From a virus: a stretch of 64,000 bases of DNA. The notes under the pieces are model-generated. The model ran no database searches. It saw only the letters and a list, made by a program, of their open reading frames with translations, and was not told the DNA's origin. Below, one piece after another: positions 37,887 to 47,007 of this stretch. The stretch lies in IMG/VR virus record IMGVR_UViG_3300024255_000004; one strand, written 5' to 3'. A program made the translations under genes and the position numbers. The number at the start of each line of letters is the position of its first letter. Position 1 is the stretch's first letter.

Positions 37887-38798
37887 ATGAAAAATGTAGG
37901 ATTAGTAGGACTAATTATGGTCTTGCTCACTAGTGGGTGTGCAAGTATTCCTTCCATGCAAGACACTTGTGATTCTACAGTTATGCAACGTGTAGGTTCA
38001 TGTATTGAAGATGCAGAGGTTGTGAAGATACCAACCTACCAAGAACTTGCAGACTTACCAGCTGCAGAGACAATGCCTATTGTTGCAGTGTATGGTTTTT
38101 TAGATAAGACAGGACAAAGGAAGAGAATGGACGGAGTTGCATCATTCTCAACTGCAGTGACCCAAGGTGCAGAAGCATTCTTGATTGATGCACTTAAGAC
38201 TGCTGGAAAAGGTAAATGGTTTAGAGTAGTAGAGAGAACAAATTTAGATGCACTTGTAAGAGAGAGACAAATCATACGAAGTGCAAGAGAAGACTTTGCA
38301 AATCAAGAAGGTAATGAAGATTCCCCAACAGGAATTCAACCTCTTTTATTTGCTGGTATCCTTCTTGACGGAGGGATAGTTGGTTATGACACTAACATTG
38401 AAAGTGGTGGACGAGGTGCAAGAACATTAGGCATCGGTGCATCAAACTCCTATAGGAGAGATGTGGTGACTGTAAGTTTGAGAGGAATTTCAACACTTAC
38501 TGGTGAAATATTATTAAACGTCCAAACTAAGAAGACGATTCTTAGCACGGGTGGTGGGTATGATGTATTCAAGTTTGTGGATATGGATACTCAACTAGTG
38601 GAAGTAGAAGATGGTGTAGCACAAAACGAAGGAGTCACAAAAGCGACTCGTTCTGCAATTGAACTTGCCGTCTTAGAATTAATATACCAAGGACACGATA
38701 GAGGTTTTTGGGAAATAAAAAGTGGACATCGTCACCCTCATGGAACTCATGGGAGAAACGAACTTCACAATATAGAGGAAAAACAAAATGAAGAATAA
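37887..38798 (+). CDS. csgG: Curli secretion pore lipoprotein CsgG
   Basis: Lipobox LTSGC, AVYGFLDKTGQRK, FSTAVTQG, WFRVVER..L..L.RERQIIR and GGIVGYD. Confidence 0.93.
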   Translation: MKNVGLVGLIMVLLTSGCASIPSMQDTCDSTVMQRVGSCIEDAEVVKIPTYQELADLPAAETMPIVAVYGFLDKTGQRKRMDGVASFSTAVTQGAEAFLIDALKTAGKGKWFRVVERTNLDALVRERQIIRSAREDFANQEGNEDSPTGIQPLLFAGILLDGGIVGYDTNIESGGRGARTLGIGASNSYRRDVVTVSLRGISTLTGEILLNVQTKKTILSTGGGYDVFKFVDMDTQLVEVEDGVAQNEGVTKATRSAIELAVLELIYQGHDRGFWEIKSGHRHPHGTHGRNELHNIEEKQNEE

Positions 38799-39516
38799 AC
38801 TTCTTTTATTATGTTTATCATTAGGGTTAACTGGTTTCGTATCTGCAGCTGCAGATGATAACGAGATTTGGATACAACAGTCGGGTGACAATTTAATATT
38901 GAATTTCACTCAAAAAGGTTATGGAAACAAAGTTGGTGGAGATGATTTCTCTGGCACTTCAATTGACATGATTTTAACTGGTGCAACTAACAGTTTAACA
39001 TTATTACAAGACGGAGATAACAATAAGTTATTCGGGCCTTTTATTGCAGATACTTCAACAGTAAATTTAACTTTTACTGGTGATTCTAACTCAATGGATT
39101 GGAACGTAGGATATGTTGGTAGTGCAGATAACTTAAACATGTTAGGTGTTATTACAGGTGACTCAAACACATTTGACATTGATGTCGGATATGATGCATC
39201 TGCAGAATACCTTAACTGGGATTTAGTGTTAACTGGAGATTCAAACGTATTCACTACTAAAATAGATAGTGACAATGCAGTTTGGAACTGGACTATTACT
39301 GGAGATTCAAATGATATTAATACTAACCAATCAGATGCAACCGATAACAGTATCACTGCAGTCTTAACTGGTTCTACAAATGATATAGACATCATTCAAA
39401 AGAGTGGTTCAGATGCTGGTTGTCCTTCAGGGTCATCTTGTAGTGGTATTATTGATGTATCTTTCGTGACTTCTAATGCAAATATTGATATCGTTCAGAA
39501 AGATACTAACGATTAA
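38788..39516 (+). CDS. Secreted curlin-like beta-repeat protein
   Basis: Signal peptide, QxGxxN units, five TG(D/S)(S/T)N repeats about 23-28 aa apart, and a C-terminal Cys pair. Confidence 0.75.
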   Translation: MKNKLLLLCLSLGLTGFVSAAADDNEIWIQQSGDNLILNFTQKGYGNKVGGDDFSGTSIDMILTGATNSLTLLQDGDNNKLFGPFIADTSTVNLTFTGDSNSMDWNVGYVGSADNLNMLGVITGDSNTFDIDVGYDASAEYLNWDLVLTGDSNVFTTKIDSDNAVWNWTITGDSNDINTNQSDATDNSITAVLTGSTNDIDIIQKSGSDAGCPSGSSCSGIIDVSFVTSNANIDIVQKDTND

Positions 39517-40612
39517 TCTTTTACTTATTGGTTCAGTTTCAGCTGAACCAATAGGTGAGATTATAGAATATAAGGGTTCAGCAGGACTTCAGAGAGACGG
39601 AGAGTCTACTCTTGTCAGTGCAAATACTGAACCTGATGTGTTGATGTATGATACAGCACAAACTCAGAATGGGAGAATGAAGATTGAGTTCAAAGGTGAA
39701 GAACGACTGGACTTAACAGAACACTCCAAGGTTTGGATTGACGAGGTATATTACGACCCCGACCCTTCTAAATCCAAAATGGCCATACGAATGGCACAAG
39801 GCACCGCTAGATTTGCTTCAGGATTCGGTGGGAAGATAAAGAAAAGTAATATTAAAGTATCGACACCTACAGCACAAATTGCTGTGGTTGGAACAGATTT
39901 CACTACAAGTATTGATGAACTTGGAAGGTCACTTGTTATACTTTTGCCTGACGAATTTGGTAATCCTTCAGGAAAAATTATTGTGAGTAATGCTGGTGGA
40001 AGTGTCACATTGGAAGAGGCTTATCAAGCAACTATGGTATCCACTTTTGACGATTCACCTACTAAACCAGTGACAGTGAATGGTATTGATGGGAGTATGA
40101 TTGACAATATGTTTATTGTGAATCCACCCGAAGAGGTGAAAGAACAAGTTGCAGAAGAATCGTCTAACAACGAAAATGATAGTAGCAACATTCTTGACGT
40201 GGACTTTTTAGAGTTCAATGATTTAGAAGAAGATTACTTTGAAGACGATGAATTAGAATATACAGAACTCGATAGAGACTTATTAGATATCGATTTCTTA
40301 CAAGATTTACTAGATGTAGTTTTGGAGATTGACCGAAAGGTTGGTATCGATGCAGAAAGAAAGGCAGACCCTTTCGGAGTTGCAAGAATAGAAGGAACTG
40401 CATTTGGGTTTGATAAGGACTCTCAATACAATACAATTGTTGATAAGGGTCTTGGTCAAATTTGGTTCTACAGGGAAGTTCAAGGAGTTATCTCCATTAA
40501 AATCCCAATCTATGCACAAGCAACGATTAGAACCACTACAGACGAAAAAGGTTCACTAATTAAAGTGGGTGATGGTTCGTCTATAAATATTACCATTACA
40601 CAAACAAACTAG
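39476..40612 (+). CDS. FecR-domain periplasmic protein
   Basis: Signal-like N-terminus, D...T..GR..I.F, LTEHSKV.ID and TPTAQIAVVGTDF, followed by an acidic tract. Confidence 0.85.
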   Translation: MQILISFRKILTINLLLIGSVSAEPIGEIIEYKGSAGLQRDGESTLVSANTEPDVLMYDTAQTQNGRMKIEFKGEERLDLTEHSKVWIDEVYYDPDPSKSKMAIRMAQGTARFASGFGGKIKKSNIKVSTPTAQIAVVGTDFTTSIDELGRSLVILLPDEFGNPSGKIIVSNAGGSVTLEEAYQATMVSTFDDSPTKPVTVNGIDGSMIDNMFIVNPPEEVKEQVAEESSNNENDSSNILDVDFLEFNDLEEDYFEDDELEYTELDRDLLDIDFLQDLLDVVLEIDRKVGIDAERKADPFGVARIEGTAFGFDKDSQYNTIVDKGLGQIWFYREVQGVISIKIPIYAQATIRTTTDEKGSLIKVGDGSSINITITQTN

Positions 40613-40621
40613 GAGAAATAT

Positions 40622-40771
40622 ATGAATAGTATGTTAGAAAAACTTCGTAATTGGCACGAATTTCAGTTAACTGGATTTCAAGATGCAATGAGACTGGACG
40701 ATTACCACATGTTGTGGTTATCATTTGGAAAAGGAGTAGTATTTACAATATTATTTTTATGGATTATCTAA
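40622..40771 (+). CDS. Small membrane protein, 49 aa (not in the ORF track)
   Basis: SD AGGAG; MNSMLEKLRNWHEFQLTGFQDAMRLDDYHMLWLSFGKGVVFTILFLWII; TAATG-coupled to the next gene. Confidence 0.65.
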   Translation: MNSMLEKLRNWHEFQLTGFQDAMRLDDYHMLWLSFGKGVVFTILFLWII

Positions 40772-41406
40772 TGAAAAAAAGTTTATTATTAATTTTATTG
40801 ACACCTCTAACATGGGCTGGGGATAACCACGTCCATGTTGAGCAGGTTGCAAGTGGAGACGTTGACCTTAACATAACACAAGCAGGTTATGATAATGAAA
40901 TTAAGTTCTCATTTGCACATAGTGGAAACACATTCAATCTATTACAAACAGGAAATGGAAACTCTATTTCTTGGGTCTCTTACTGGGGGCCTGGAAAGTC
41001 TTGGGGTGGTGACGTAGACGGAATCAACAATACTGAAAACGTAGAACAGATTGGTGGTGCAACATATGGTAGACACATATGGGGTAATAATAATACAGTA
41101 GATGTATATCAAAACGGAAGTCATACACATAACATAGACGTTCACTCAAATTCAGTAGACCACGAAATACACCAGTCGGGTAGTGGTTCACATTATGCAC
41201 ACACTTACTTCTATGGAAGTGCAACAGGTTCAGATAGTAGTATCATGCAGAAGGGTTCAGGAAATCATAATGCACAAATTACTTTACAGGGTTCATATCC
41301 AACAACACTTAACCTTTTACAAGAAGGTTCAACAAACAAAGCATATACACTCACCCAAAACTGCGTCACAGCAGGTGGTTGTTCAGTATCGGTCACTCAA
41401 CAATGA
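40771..41406 (+). CDS. Secreted curlin-repeat protein (His-rich)
   Basis: Signal peptide MKKSLLLILLTPLTWA; repeats QAGYDN, QTGNGN, QSGSGSH, QKGSGNH and QEGSTN; C-terminal CVTAGGC. Confidence 0.8.
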   Translation: MKKSLLLILLTPLTWAGDNHVHVEQVASGDVDLNITQAGYDNEIKFSFAHSGNTFNLLQTGNGNSISWVSYWGPGKSWGGDVDGINNTENVEQIGGATYGRHIWGNNNTVDVYQNGSHTHNIDVHSNSVDHEIHQSGSGSHYAHTYFYGSATGSDSSIMQKGSGNHNAQITLQGSYPTTLNLLQEGSTNKAYTLTQNCVTAGGCSVSVTQQ

Positions 41407-41621
41407 ATTCAGAATGTCCCCAACCTATCGAGTGGGACGATGAACTCGAATCATCAGAACTTGAATTAGGAGATGTCGAAGCTGCATCTGATTTCGTATG
41501 GCAAGTTCTCTTCCTTACACCAATAGAGTTGGTCTACATAGGATTCACAATGACAGTCCTTGCAACATATGGACTTTCTATTTACTATATCTATAAACGA
41601 ATACAAAAGAAATTCTCATAA
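41403..41621 (+). CDS. Small membrane protein
   Basis: Acidic N-terminus plus a TM helix; coupled to genes on both sides. Confidence 0.6.
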   Translation: MNSECPQPIEWDDELESSELELGDVEAASDFVWQVLFLTPIELVYIGFTMTVLATYGLSIYYIYKRIQKKFS

Positions 41622-43459
41622 TGTATAGTTGGAAAACAGTCCTAATCACCATTGGTGTATTTGTAGGACTTAAAATTTGGTCTCCTTACTTAGTAGAGAA
41701 TATTAAGTGGTCTTACTTTGATGTTCTTCATCAGAGTCAGGAGAAAGTTCAGGTAGAAGATATTGTCTTAGTAGACATAGACGAGAAGTCACTTGAAGTG
41801 TTCGGTCAGTATCCTATCAAACGTAGTATCTATAGGGATTTACTCCTTGACACTCATTACACTAACACACATGTTTTCACTCAACTCTTTAATCAACCTG
41901 ATAGAAATCAGGGAGAAGACGAAATCTTTGCAGAAGGATTGGTCAATAGATTAACAATTCTATCAGCTGCACCCACCATTCAAAAGAACACTGGTTCTGC
42001 ACCCTTCGTAGGAAACTCTACTTTCGGTAGTGGAAATGCAACAGACTACCTATGGAACTTCTCAGGAATTTCAAGTCCTATCAGGATACTTCAGGACAAT
42101 ACTTATGGAGTTGGGGTCACTGTTGCAACACCTAGTGTTAGTGGAACACCAAACTTTGACGGGACAACTAGGTCTATCCCTTTAATCATAACTGCAAATG
42201 AACAGGTATATCCGTCTCTTGCACTGGAAACACTTCGTGCATTAAAAGACCAACCTTCGTATCAAACTAAAATTACAGAAGTTGGAGTAGAGTGGGTAAG
42301 AATGGGCAGAGACAAACCTATCACCACCACTCCAACGAGTGACGTTATGGTGTCCTATTGGAACGAATTCCAACGGGTTTCTGCTGTCGACTTACCTAAT
42401 CTAAATCTTACTAATAAAATTCTGATATGGGGTTTGACTGCAGAGGGATTGAATAATCCAGTTTCAACTCCAGTGGGAATATTGTATCCTCACGAAGTGC
42501 AAGCGAACCATATCCAAACCTCTTTGTCAGGAGTTCAAATACAACAATCCTACTATCTTGAATTGCTTGAGATTGCTCTTCTGATGACAGTTCTTGTATT
42601 GATATTGGTGATGGTTTACAAACTTCCCACAATTCTTTCGGGGGTAATGAGTCTAACACTTGTAGGACTTCAAATCTTCGGGAGTTATTATATTTGGACT
42701 TCAGAGCTCGTTCTTTTCGATACCTTCTTTTCATCAATTGCCTCCTTGATTGTTTTTGGTCATGCCTCTTTCAATCAATACTATACAACCTACCAACTCA
42801 AAGAAGAAATCAAGAAGCAGTTCCAAAAGTATTTATCTCCCGACATGGTTGACCAACTTGCAGAAAACCCCGATTTACTTAAATTGGGTGGAGATAGAAA
42901 AGAGTTAACTTTCATGTTTATGGACATATGTGGATTCACCCCCATAAGCGAACACTACATGAAACAAGACGACCCCGAGGGATTAGTGGAACTCATTAAC
43001 AAATTCCTTGACATGCAAACAAAGATAATCCTAAATAACAATGGAACCATTGATAAGTATATGGGTGATTGTATTATGAGTTTTTGGAATGCACCTTTAG
43101 ATTGTCCCGACCATGCCGAGATGGCAGTCAAGTCTGCAGAAGAAATACTAATTGCTACCAAGGAACTCAATGAAGAACTCAAACCACTCGGTCTTCCCCC
43201 TATCAATGTTGGTATTGGTATTAACACTGGGGAGTGTATCGTTGGAAACATGGGGTCAGAACTTAGATTTGACTATTCCGTCATTGGAGATGCAGTTAAC
43301 CTCGGAGCTAGACTCGAAGGACAAACGAGAAATTATGATGGGGTGGACGTGTTGTTGGGACAAGAAACATATCTACAATGTCCGTCTAGAGCATTCACTG
43401 AAGTCGATAGGATTACAGTCAAAGGAAAATCTGAACCAGTCACAGTTTACACTATCTGA
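41621..43459 (+). CDS. CHASE2-domain class III adenylate cyclase
   Basis: CHASE2 motifs (IVLVDIDEKSL..GQYP, DGTTRSIPL, PSLALE, TPVG), three TM helices, and catalytic FMDICGFT, DKYMGD, GDAVNLGARLEG and KGK. Confidence 0.93.
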   Translation: MYSWKTVLITIGVFVGLKIWSPYLVENIKWSYFDVLHQSQEKVQVEDIVLVDIDEKSLEVFGQYPIKRSIYRDLLLDTHYTNTHVFTQLFNQPDRNQGEDEIFAEGLVNRLTILSAAPTIQKNTGSAPFVGNSTFGSGNATDYLWNFSGISSPIRILQDNTYGVGVTVATPSVSGTPNFDGTTRSIPLIITANEQVYPSLALETLRALKDQPSYQTKITEVGVEWVRMGRDKPITTTPTSDVMVSYWNEFQRVSAVDLPNLNLTNKILIWGLTAEGLNNPVSTPVGILYPHEVQANHIQTSLSGVQIQQSYYLELLEIALLMTVLVLILVMVYKLPTILSGVMSLTLVGLQIFGSYYIWTSELVLFDTFFSSIASLIVFGHASFNQYYTTYQLKEEIKKQFQKYLSPDMVDQLAENPDLLKLGGDRKELTFMFMDICGFTPISEHYMKQDDPEGLVELINKFLDMQTKIILNNNGTIDKYMGDCIMSFWNAPLDCPDHAEMAVKSAEEILIATKELNEELKPLGLPPINVGIGINTGECIVGNMGSELRFDYSVIGDAVNLGARLEGQTRNYDGVDVLLGQETYLQCPSRAFTEVDRITVKGKSEPVTVYTI

Positions 43460-43763
43460 ACTACCTAATACGTTTGATTGGACTGCATTCTATACTCTTC
43501 AACTACTAGATATCTACACAACATATCGTGGACTTAAATATGATTGTGTCGAAGAACTAAATCCACTCGTAGGAGAGTCTCCTTCAGTCCCTAAAATGTT
43601 CGCAGTTAAGACTGCAATTCTATTACCTGCTATCGAGATGGATAGAAGAACCCACGAATTAACTTCAGATACATTCGACTATATGAACATTCTTATGGGT
43701 GTAGTGATTGTAAATAACATTCAACAAGTAAGTGATGCAAAAAAATATTGCAATAAAAGATAA
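43206..43763 (+). CDS. Membrane-associated protein (DUF5658-like) overlapping the cyclase 3' end; start uncertain
   Basis: LDIYTTYRGL..ELNPL motif; the only plausible start codons lie inside the cyclase gene. Confidence 0.5.
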   Translation: MLVLVLTLGSVSLETWGQNLDLTIPSLEMQLTSELDSKDKREIMMGWTCCWDKKHIYNVRLEHSLKSIGLQSKENLNQSQFTLSELPNTFDWTAFYTLQLLDIYTTYRGLKYDCVEELNPLVGESPSVPKMFAVKTAILLPAIEMDRRTHELTSDTFDYMNILMGVVIVNNIQQVSDAKKYCNKR

Positions 43764-43770
43764 AACCCCC

Positions 43771-43819
43771 TTGAAATTTTAGAAAAAGTCCTTATAATAG
43801 TAGTATGGTGTTATAAATA
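43771..43819 (+). promoter_or_regulatory. Tandem sigma70-like (TTGAAA..TATAAT) and late (TATAAATA) promoters for hsp20
   Basis: CCCCC-TTGAAA at 43771, TATAAT at 43793, TATAAATA at 43812. Confidence 0.65.
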
Positions 43820-43823
43820 CCAT

Positions 43824-43878
43824 TGTGATGCCCATTAGGGGTCACATAACAATAACTTGCTTAATAAAGGAGAAAACT
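43824..43878 (+). promoter_or_regulatory. ROSE-like RNA thermometer in the hsp20 leader
   Basis: CUUGCUU pairs with the SD AAGGAG leaving a bulged G; upstream UGUGA...UCACA hairpin. Confidence 0.6.
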
Positions 43879-44292
43879 ATGACTATCTATGACGATGTCT
43901 TCGGGAAATCATTCCCATTCGCAATCGGGTTCGACAGAACTCTACAACTATTAGAACGTGCTGATACACATTCTAGTTCAAACTATCCACCTTACAACAT
44001 TGTAAAAATCGATGAGGAAAATTTCCAAATTGAAATGGCAGTGGCTGGGTTCGATAAGAAAGAGGTTTCTATCTCTAAAGAGAAAGAGAAACTAATTATC
44101 GAGGGAGAACAGGATACGGAATCAAAAGAGTATGTCCACCAAGGACTTGCTTCTCGTTCATTCAAAAGGTCATTCACACTTGCAGACGATATAATCGTTA
44201 AGGGTGCAAATATGAAGAATGGTATTTTGATTGTAAGTTTAGAGAGAATTGTGCCTGAGGAAGACAAACCTCAAGAAATCAAAATTTCTTAA
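43879..44292 (+). CDS. hsp20: Small heat-shock protein Hsp20 (IbpA-like)
   Basis: IGFDR, NYPPYNIVK, EMAVAGF, HQGLASRSFKRSF and A.MKNGIL. Confidence 0.95.
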   Translation: MTIYDDVFGKSFPFAIGFDRTLQLLERADTHSSSNYPPYNIVKIDEENFQIEMAVAGFDKKEVSISKEKEKLIIEGEQDTESKEYVHQGLASRSFKRSFTLADDIIVKGANMKNGILIVSLERIVPEEDKPQEIKIS

Positions 44293-44299
44293 AAACCCC

Positions 44300-44345
44300 C
44301 TTACAGATACACCTGTTATGAGTTATAATGGGTGTATCTTTTTAT
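44300..44345 (+). terminator. Terminator hairpin overlapping a sigma70-like promoter
   Basis: 15-bp stem AGATACACCTGTTAT/ATAATGGGTGTATCT with G-U pairs, then a T-run; overlaps CTTACA-18 nt-TATAAT. Confidence 0.6.
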
Positions 44346-44361
44346 ATTATGGAGAAAAAAT

Positions 44362-44862
44362 ATGTTAAACGTAGGAGATAAGATTCCACAAGTTATTCTA
44401 CCCGTTAGAGTAGGAGACACTTTTGAACACTTAGATACATGGGAACAATTTGAAGGTAAGAGGGTAATTATATTTGCACTGCCTGGTGCATTTACACCAA
44501 CTTGTTCAGAACAACAATTGCCAGGCTTTGACGAGAAGTTTGAAACATTCCATGACGAAAAAGGAATAGATTCAATTTACTGTTTATCAGTGAATGATTC
44601 CTTTGTTATGAATGCATGGTTTGAGTCACAAGGAACTGTTGACGTATTCCCACTTCCCGATGGAAACGGAGAGTTTACAGAAGGTATGGGTGCAAGTGTG
44701 CAGAAAGCAAATCTAGGATTTGGTATTAGGTCTTGGAGATATGCAATTGTTGTAAATGACAATGTCATTGAACATGTATTTGCAGAAGAAGGATTCGGTG
44801 ACAATATCGATTCAGACCCTTATGAAGTATCTACACCCGAAAATGTCCTTGCAAACATCTAA
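44362..44862 (+). CDS. Peroxiredoxin (Prx5 type)
   Basis: PGAFTPTCS, SVNDSFVMNAW, DGNGEFT and RSWRYA. Confidence 0.95.
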   Translation: MLNVGDKIPQVILPVRVGDTFEHLDTWEQFEGKRVIIFALPGAFTPTCSEQQLPGFDEKFETFHDEKGIDSIYCLSVNDSFVMNAWFESQGTVDVFPLPDGNGEFTEGMGASVQKANLGFGIRSWRYAIVVNDNVIEHVFAEEGFGDNIDSDPYEVSTPENVLANI

Positions 44863-46276
44863 ACTTTATCAAGTCTTAAAAGATAATGCAAACGAAAAGA
44901 GATTGCCTATTATTGATGGTAGTCTCTTTGATGCATTAACTGAAGAACATGGGAGAGAATACTTCCGTGAGGTTCTTGCAGAATACATAGAAACTGAAAG
45001 ACCCGAGTTTCCTCTAAAACAAATCTCTCATGAAGATATGAGAAACACCTTTATTAAACTTTTAGAATATCCTGTTTGGAAGTTTATATACCCACACGAA
45101 AATTTAGAACAGGAAGTCGTAGAGAAATATGACGACTACAAATACCCTTATTCAGAATGGGGACATGGAATGGTCAATGCACCTTCCACATTTAATGATG
45201 CAAGTGATTACTTTATGCAAGATTTAAGATTGTCTTGTGATTCGTATGGACATAGAGCTCCATTGAATGCATTTAGAGAATCGACTGCAAAAGAATTGAA
45301 ATCACCCCTCGGTGCAATATGGAGAGGTGTTAATGATATCACAAAAGAAGTATCAAAAGACGTAGACGGAAACGAGGTTATAAAACTTGTTGGTGGTTCA
45401 TTGAGAGAAGACACTTACAGAATGGCATTCAGACTTGGTGCCTATATTGCAACACAATTTAAACCAGTGGTTGCAAAGTGTTTCTATGAAATGACTGATG
45501 CAAGAACTGTATTGGATACAAGTTGTGGTTGGGGAGATAGACTATGTGGATTCTTTGCAAGTAAAGGAACTACAGTGTATATTGGTTGTGACCCAAACCC
45601 AAACACATTTGAAAGATATAAGAAACAATGTATAGAATATGAAACAATTCTTACAGGTCATGCACCAAAGATTACAGAAACCAAAGACAAGTTTATGTCA
45701 GTTGGTGAAAAGAGAGTTGTAATCTATAGAAGTGGTGCAGAGGATATTCCTTATGAAAAATTCCCACCAATAGATTGTGCATTTACTTCACCACCATATT
45801 TCTCAACAGAGACATACAACAAAGGTGGAGAACACGAAGAAGACCAATCATGGAGTAAGTTCTCAGAATATGAATCATGGAGAGACGACTTCTTTATTCC
45901 AGTTTCTAAAAAATCATTTGAAGTGTTATCAGATAACGGACACTTATTGATTAACATTATGAATCCAAAAATAAAAGGTAAAATGTTTCCCTCATGTGAC
46001 GAAGTAGTAGACGAATTAAGAGAACACTTCAAAGGTCAGATAGGAATGAGAATCATGCAAAGGCCTCAATCTTCTACTGCATTCTTAGAGAAGTGGTCAG
46101 ACGTGAAAGGTGATAGTGACGACAACCAAGTATCAGATAAAGAAGGAATTGATAGAACTGCAATGCAAGACTTTATGAAAAAACTATACATGGAAAATGT
46201 ATGGTGGTTTGCAAAAGAAGATAAAGATTTATTCCTACCTAACAAACACAATTCATTGGAGAGTTTCTTTGGGTAA
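44843..46276 (+). CDS. SAM-dependent DNA amino-methyltransferase (N4C/N6A type)
   Basis: SAM motif VLDTSCGWGDRL, IGCDPN and catalytic FTSPPYF. Confidence 0.8.
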   Translation: MSLQTSKLYQVLKDNANEKRLPIIDGSLFDALTEEHGREYFREVLAEYIETERPEFPLKQISHEDMRNTFIKLLEYPVWKFIYPHENLEQEVVEKYDDYKYPYSEWGHGMVNAPSTFNDASDYFMQDLRLSCDSYGHRAPLNAFRESTAKELKSPLGAIWRGVNDITKEVSKDVDGNEVIKLVGGSLREDTYRMAFRLGAYIATQFKPVVAKCFYEMTDARTVLDTSCGWGDRLCGFFASKGTTVYIGCDPNPNTFERYKKQCIEYETILTGHAPKITETKDKFMSVGEKRVVIYRSGAEDIPYEKFPPIDCAFTSPPYFSTETYNKGGEHEEDQSWSKFSEYESWRDDFFIPVSKKSFEVLSDNGHLLINIMNPKIKGKMFPSCDEVVDELREHFKGQIGMRIMQRPQSSTAFLEKWSDVKGDSDDNQVSDKEGIDRTAMQDFMKKLYMENVWWFAKEDKDLFLPNKHNSLESFFG

Positions 46277-46583
46277 TACACCATTATTTGACGAAGGTGT
46301 TTATTGTGTTGTTGACAATAATAAATTAAACATGTCAGGCATTCAACTTACTAAAGGAATATGGGAAGGACTCATATACACATATGGTAAAGTAGAGTTT
46401 GTAGAAGGTAAGAAACACTTAAACTTTCAAAGGAATCTTATCAAAGTTCCCGACAATCATGACTTTGAAGAACTCCTAAATAATACCGAACTTAATAACC
46501 TTATGGGTGACATATTGGTTGAATTAATAGAAGAACAAGCGAGGAAAGAGAATGAACAAAGAGATATTGAAAGAACAGATTAA
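46269..46583 (+). CDS. Hypothetical protein
   Basis: Probable TTG start after GGAG; YTYGKV and MGDILVELI motifs. Confidence 0.6.
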   Translation: MGNTPLFDEGVYCVVDNNKLNMSGIQLTKGIWEGLIYTYGKVEFVEGKKHLNFQRNLIKVPDNHDFEELLNNTELNNLMGDILVELIEEQARKENEQRDIERTD

Positions 46584-47007
46584 AAGACATGAGGGAGAAG
46601 TCCTCGAAGTTTACGCAGATTCACTAGGATACTTAACACTAGGTGTCGGACATCTTATCAAAGAAGGTGACGCAGAATATGGACAACCTGCTGGGACTCC
46701 AGTGAGTCAAGAAGTAGTAGATGCATACTATGAATCAGACTTTGATAAACATGTAGAAGAAACCATTCATGTATTTGAATCAAAAGGTGGAGAAGATTTC
46801 TATGCACTACCCGAAGACATTCAACACGTTTTAGTTAACATGACATTCAACTTAGGTGGAACAAGATTCAGCAAGTTTAATAACATGTGGAAAGGTGTTG
46901 TTTCATGTGACTGGGAAAAGGTTGCAGTTGAAATGGAAGATTCTAAATGGTTCGGACAGGTAGGAAGACGAAGTGTTGAATTACAGGAGATGGTAAGAAG
47001 TGTCTAA
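46552..47007 (+). CDS. Lysozyme (T4-type, GH24)
   Basis: HEG..(E-x8-D-x5-T)..GVGHL, NMTFNLG and DSKWFGQVGRR. Confidence 0.92.
   Translation: MNKEILKEQIKRHEGEVLEVYADSLGYLTLGVGHLIKEGDAEYGQPAGTPVSQEVVDAYYESDFDKHVEETIHVFESKGGEDFYALPEDIQHVLVNMTFNLGGTRFSKFNNMWKGVVSCDWEKVAVEMEDSKWFGQVGRRSVELQEMVRSV

Noticed and set aside
40651-40770. N-terminal extension of curlin 2 in the ORF track
   Set aside because: The signal peptide starts at ATG 40771, and the upstream bases belong to the 40622-40771 ORF.
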